From contig NC_014833.1 in assembly GCF_000179635.2 (NCBI RefSeq), positions 1,170,001 to 1,202,000 of the forward strand: a stretch of 32,000 nucleotides of DNA, read 5' to 3'. Below the pieces are notes generated by a model. That model did no database searches. It was not told where the DNA came from and was given only the letters and a program-made list of their open reading frames with translations. Origin of the DNA: Ruminococcus albus 7 = DSM 20455 (GTDB taxonomy: Bacteria > Bacillota > Clostridia > Oscillospirales > Ruminococcaceae). The translations under genes were made by a program, and so were the position numbers. Within the stretch, counting starts at the first letter, position 1, and each line of letters starts with the position of its first letter. Shown piece after piece: positions 29,904 to 32,000 of this stretch.

Positions 29904-31949
29904 ATGAAAAGTATTATCAGAAGAATGGCTGCCATTGCATCGGTAGCTGCACTGTCTGTGACAGGTGCGGTACCGGCGTTGTCGGCAGTCACAACAACAC
30001 CTGCAGTAGCTGCAACAACAGATGACTGCAACGACGACTGGCTGCAGGCAAAGGGCAGCAGACTTTACGACAAAAACGGCAACGAGGTATGGCTGACCGG
30101 TGCAAACTGGTTCGGTTTCAACTGCAGCGAGGCTTGCCCTCACTACCTCTGGAGTGCTGACGCTGATGACTGTCTGAAAGAGATAGCAGACCGCGGCATC
30201 AACATTATCCGTTTCCCTGTTTCTTCCGAGCTTCTCGTTTCATGGATGAAGGGCAAGCCAATGCCCGTAAGCAGCTTCTCCTGCAACACAGACCCTGCTT
30301 ACACCATCAATGCTGACTTCTGCGAAGCAGACGGAAAAACAGCAAAGAACAGTATGGAAGTATTCGATATCATGATGCAGAAATGCAAGAAGTACGGTAT
30401 CAAGGCTTTCATCGATGTTCACAGCCCACATACTGACAATTCAGGTCATAACTACAACCTCTGGTATGGCAAGGCAGGCGTAACTACTGATGTATGGATA
30501 GAGTCACTGGTATGGCTTGCTGACAAGTATAAGAATGATGACACACTTCTCGCTTATGACCTCAAGAACGAGCCTCACGGCAAGGGTCAGGAAGGCGATG
30601 AAGCAGCTAAGTGGGACGGTTCCAAGGATGAGAACAACTGGGCTTATGCTGCGACAAGATGCGCAGACGCTATACTTGACGTTAACCCCAATGCACTCAT
30701 ACTCGTTGAAGGTGTTGAGCAGTCGATGAGCGGCGCTCAGGCAGGCGACTACTGGGGTATGCCCGACAGAAGAGACAACTCACCTTACATTGGCGCATGG
30801 TGGGGCGGTAACTTCCGCGGCGCAAGAAAGTATCCTATCAAGCCCGAGCATGGTACATCTCAGATAGTTTACTCGCCTCATGACTACGGCCCTTCTGTTT
30901 ATGCACAGACATGGTTCAATAAGGATTTTACAGAGGAAACTCTTCTGAAAGATTACTGGTATGATACATGGGCATATATCAATGCTGAAGAGATAGGTCC
31001 TGAGCTTATCGGTGAGTGGGGCGGTCATATGGACGGCAAGGAGAACCAGAAGTGGATGACTCTTCTTCGTGACTACATGATCAAGCACCACATCAGCCAT
31101 ACATTCTGGTGCCTCAATACGAACTCCGGCGATACAGGCGGACTCTGGGATGGTCTTGGATTCATGGCAGGCAGCGGTACATCTATCAAGTGGAACGAGC
31201 CTAAGTATGAGCTCTTCGAGAAGGCTCTCTGGCAGACAGCTACTTCCGGCAAGTACATCGGTCTTGACCATCAGGTAGCACTGGGTAAGAACGGTATCTC
31301 CCTGAATGAGTTCTATTCAAAGTATTCATCTACTGAGGGCAGCAACCTTGACGGCGGAAAGAAATCTCCTGGTAATGTTAACAATGATACACCTGTTGTT
31401 CAGAGCATCAAGGTTTCGTACACTGCTGTTGAAGGTGGTGCAAACCTCAGCTGGAACAAGATAAGCAACGCTGATAAGTATGCTGTATACCAGAACGTTA
31501 ACGGTTCCTGGAAGCAGGTTGCCGAAACAACAGGCACTTCCTATAACTGGACAGGTCTGACCTATGGTACTAACTACAAGGTAGCTGTCGTTGCAAGAGT
31601 CAATAATGCATGGACTAATGATTATTCCAATGCTATCACTGTAACTCCCAAGCAGACAACTTCCAACACTGATGATTATCCTAAGAACGTTAAGGCTAAT
31701 TACAACACTCAGTATCATCAGGTACAGTTCACATGGGACAAGGTACAGGGTGCTGACAAGTACGGCATAGCTGTATATCTGGCAGGCAAGTGGAGAGTTC
31801 AGACTTCCAACATCACAACCAACAGCTTTGTAACACCCAAGAACCTCACCCCCGGCATGACCTACAAGGTAGCCGTTGCGGCAAGAGTAGGTGGAAAGTG
31901 GAACACAGCCGATCCTATCAAGAACGCTATAACTGTTACTATTAAGTAA
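29904..31949 (+). CDS. secreted GH5 endoglucanase (cellulase) with two C-terminal Fn3-like modules, no dockerin
   Basis: 681 aa. SD GAGAGGGG upstream. Signal peptide. GH5 acid/base motif LAYDLKNEPHG and nucleophile motif LIGEWGG. Two tandem ~90-aa Fn3-like modules follow, and the last one is the repeat copy. Confidence 0.92.
   Translation: MKSIIRRMAAIASVAALSVTGAVPALSAVTTTPAVAATTDDCNDDWLQAKGSRLYDKNGNEVWLTGANWFGFNCSEACPHYLWSADADDCLKEIADRGINIIRFPVSSELLVSWMKGKPMPVSSFSCNTDPAYTINADFCEADGKTAKNSMEVFDIMMQKCKKYGIKAFIDVHSPHTDNSGHNYNLWYGKAGVTTDVWIESLVWLADKYKNDDTLLAYDLKNEPHGKGQEGDEAAKWDGSKDENNWAYAATRCADAILDVNPNALILVEGVEQSMSGAQAGDYWGMPDRRDNSPYIGAWWGGNFRGARKYPIKPEHGTSQIVYSPHDYGPSVYAQTWFNKDFTEETLLKDYWYDTWAYINAEEIGPELIGEWGGHMDGKENQKWMTLLRDYMIKHHISHTFWCLNTNSGDTGGLWDGLGFMAGSGTSIKWNEPKYELFEKALWQTATSGKYIGLDHQVALGKNGISLNEFYSKYSSTEGSNLDGGKKSPGNVNNDTPVVQSIKVSYTAVEGGANLSWNKISNADKYAVYQNVNGSWKQVAETTGTSYNWTGLTYGTNYKVAVVARVNNAWTNDYSNAITVTPKQTTSNTDDYPKNVKANYNTQYHQVQFTWDKVQGADKYGIAVYLAGKWRVQTSNITTNSFVTPKNLTPGMTYKVAVAARVGGKWNTADPIKNAITVTIK
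31677..31949 (+). repeat. copy 2 of the 273-bp direct repeat encoding the C-terminal Fn3-like module
   Basis: See 23030..23302. Same strand and same position (last 90 codons plus stop) in an unrelated protein. Confidence 0.9.
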
Positions 31950-32000
31950 TTGCGATAGTTCATGATAATAAAGAAAGACCGTCGATCCGTTTGTAGGATC

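Noticed and set aside
31981-32000. Possible terminator stem (gatcc-gtttgta-ggatc) after the GH5 gene
   Set aside because: It is cut by the window edge, so the stem length and T-run cannot be assessed.
1-32000. Scan for CRISPR arrays, IS elements/transposases, integrases, prophage genes, toxin-antitoxin pairs and known defence-system signatures
   Set aside because: None was recognised. The only sizeable repeats are the 273-bp Fn3-module pair and short regulatory palindromes.

Overview
This looks like a chromosomal segment from a fibrolytic, Ruminococcus-like clostridial Firmicute. That inference rests on a dockerin-bearing GH43, a GH5 cellulase, an LTD-CotH protein, spoVA genes and low-GC Gram-positive promoters and SD sites. 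Housekeeping genes (pgk, tgt, leuB, a feoA-feoB fusion, a NUDIX gene, a DUF3343/cysteine-desulfurase pair, 3 tRNAs) are interleaved with surface and accessory genes. No CRISPR array, transposase, integrase or phage gene was seen. The strongest candidate for an undescribed system is a tightly packed five-gene operon at 12490-18229. It encodes a DltA-like adenylating enzyme, a DltC-like carrier protein, an Orn/DAP-family PLP decarboxylase, an AlgI/DltB-type MBOAT and a DltD-like membrane-anchored protein. This is a D-alanylation-type surface-acylation machine with an added decarboxylase and a non-canonical gene order. Secondary observations:
- A 69-aa protein that is little more than a signal peptide plus an NPDTG sorting signal.
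- A 273-bp C-terminal Fn3-like module shared by the CotH protein and the GH5 cellulase 8.4 kb apart.
- A GH5-derived secreted protein that appears to have lost both catalytic glutamates.
- A 27-bp perfect palindrome over the promoter of an orphan ABC exporter operon.
- A sigma-G-type promoter on a spoVAD-spoVAE pair with no spoVAC beside it.
- An unlisted 46-aa Cys-rich ORF after feoB.
- A strongly SD-preceded 26-codon uORF coupled to the CotH gene.
All calls come from reading the sequence and from remembered family motifs. No searches were run.
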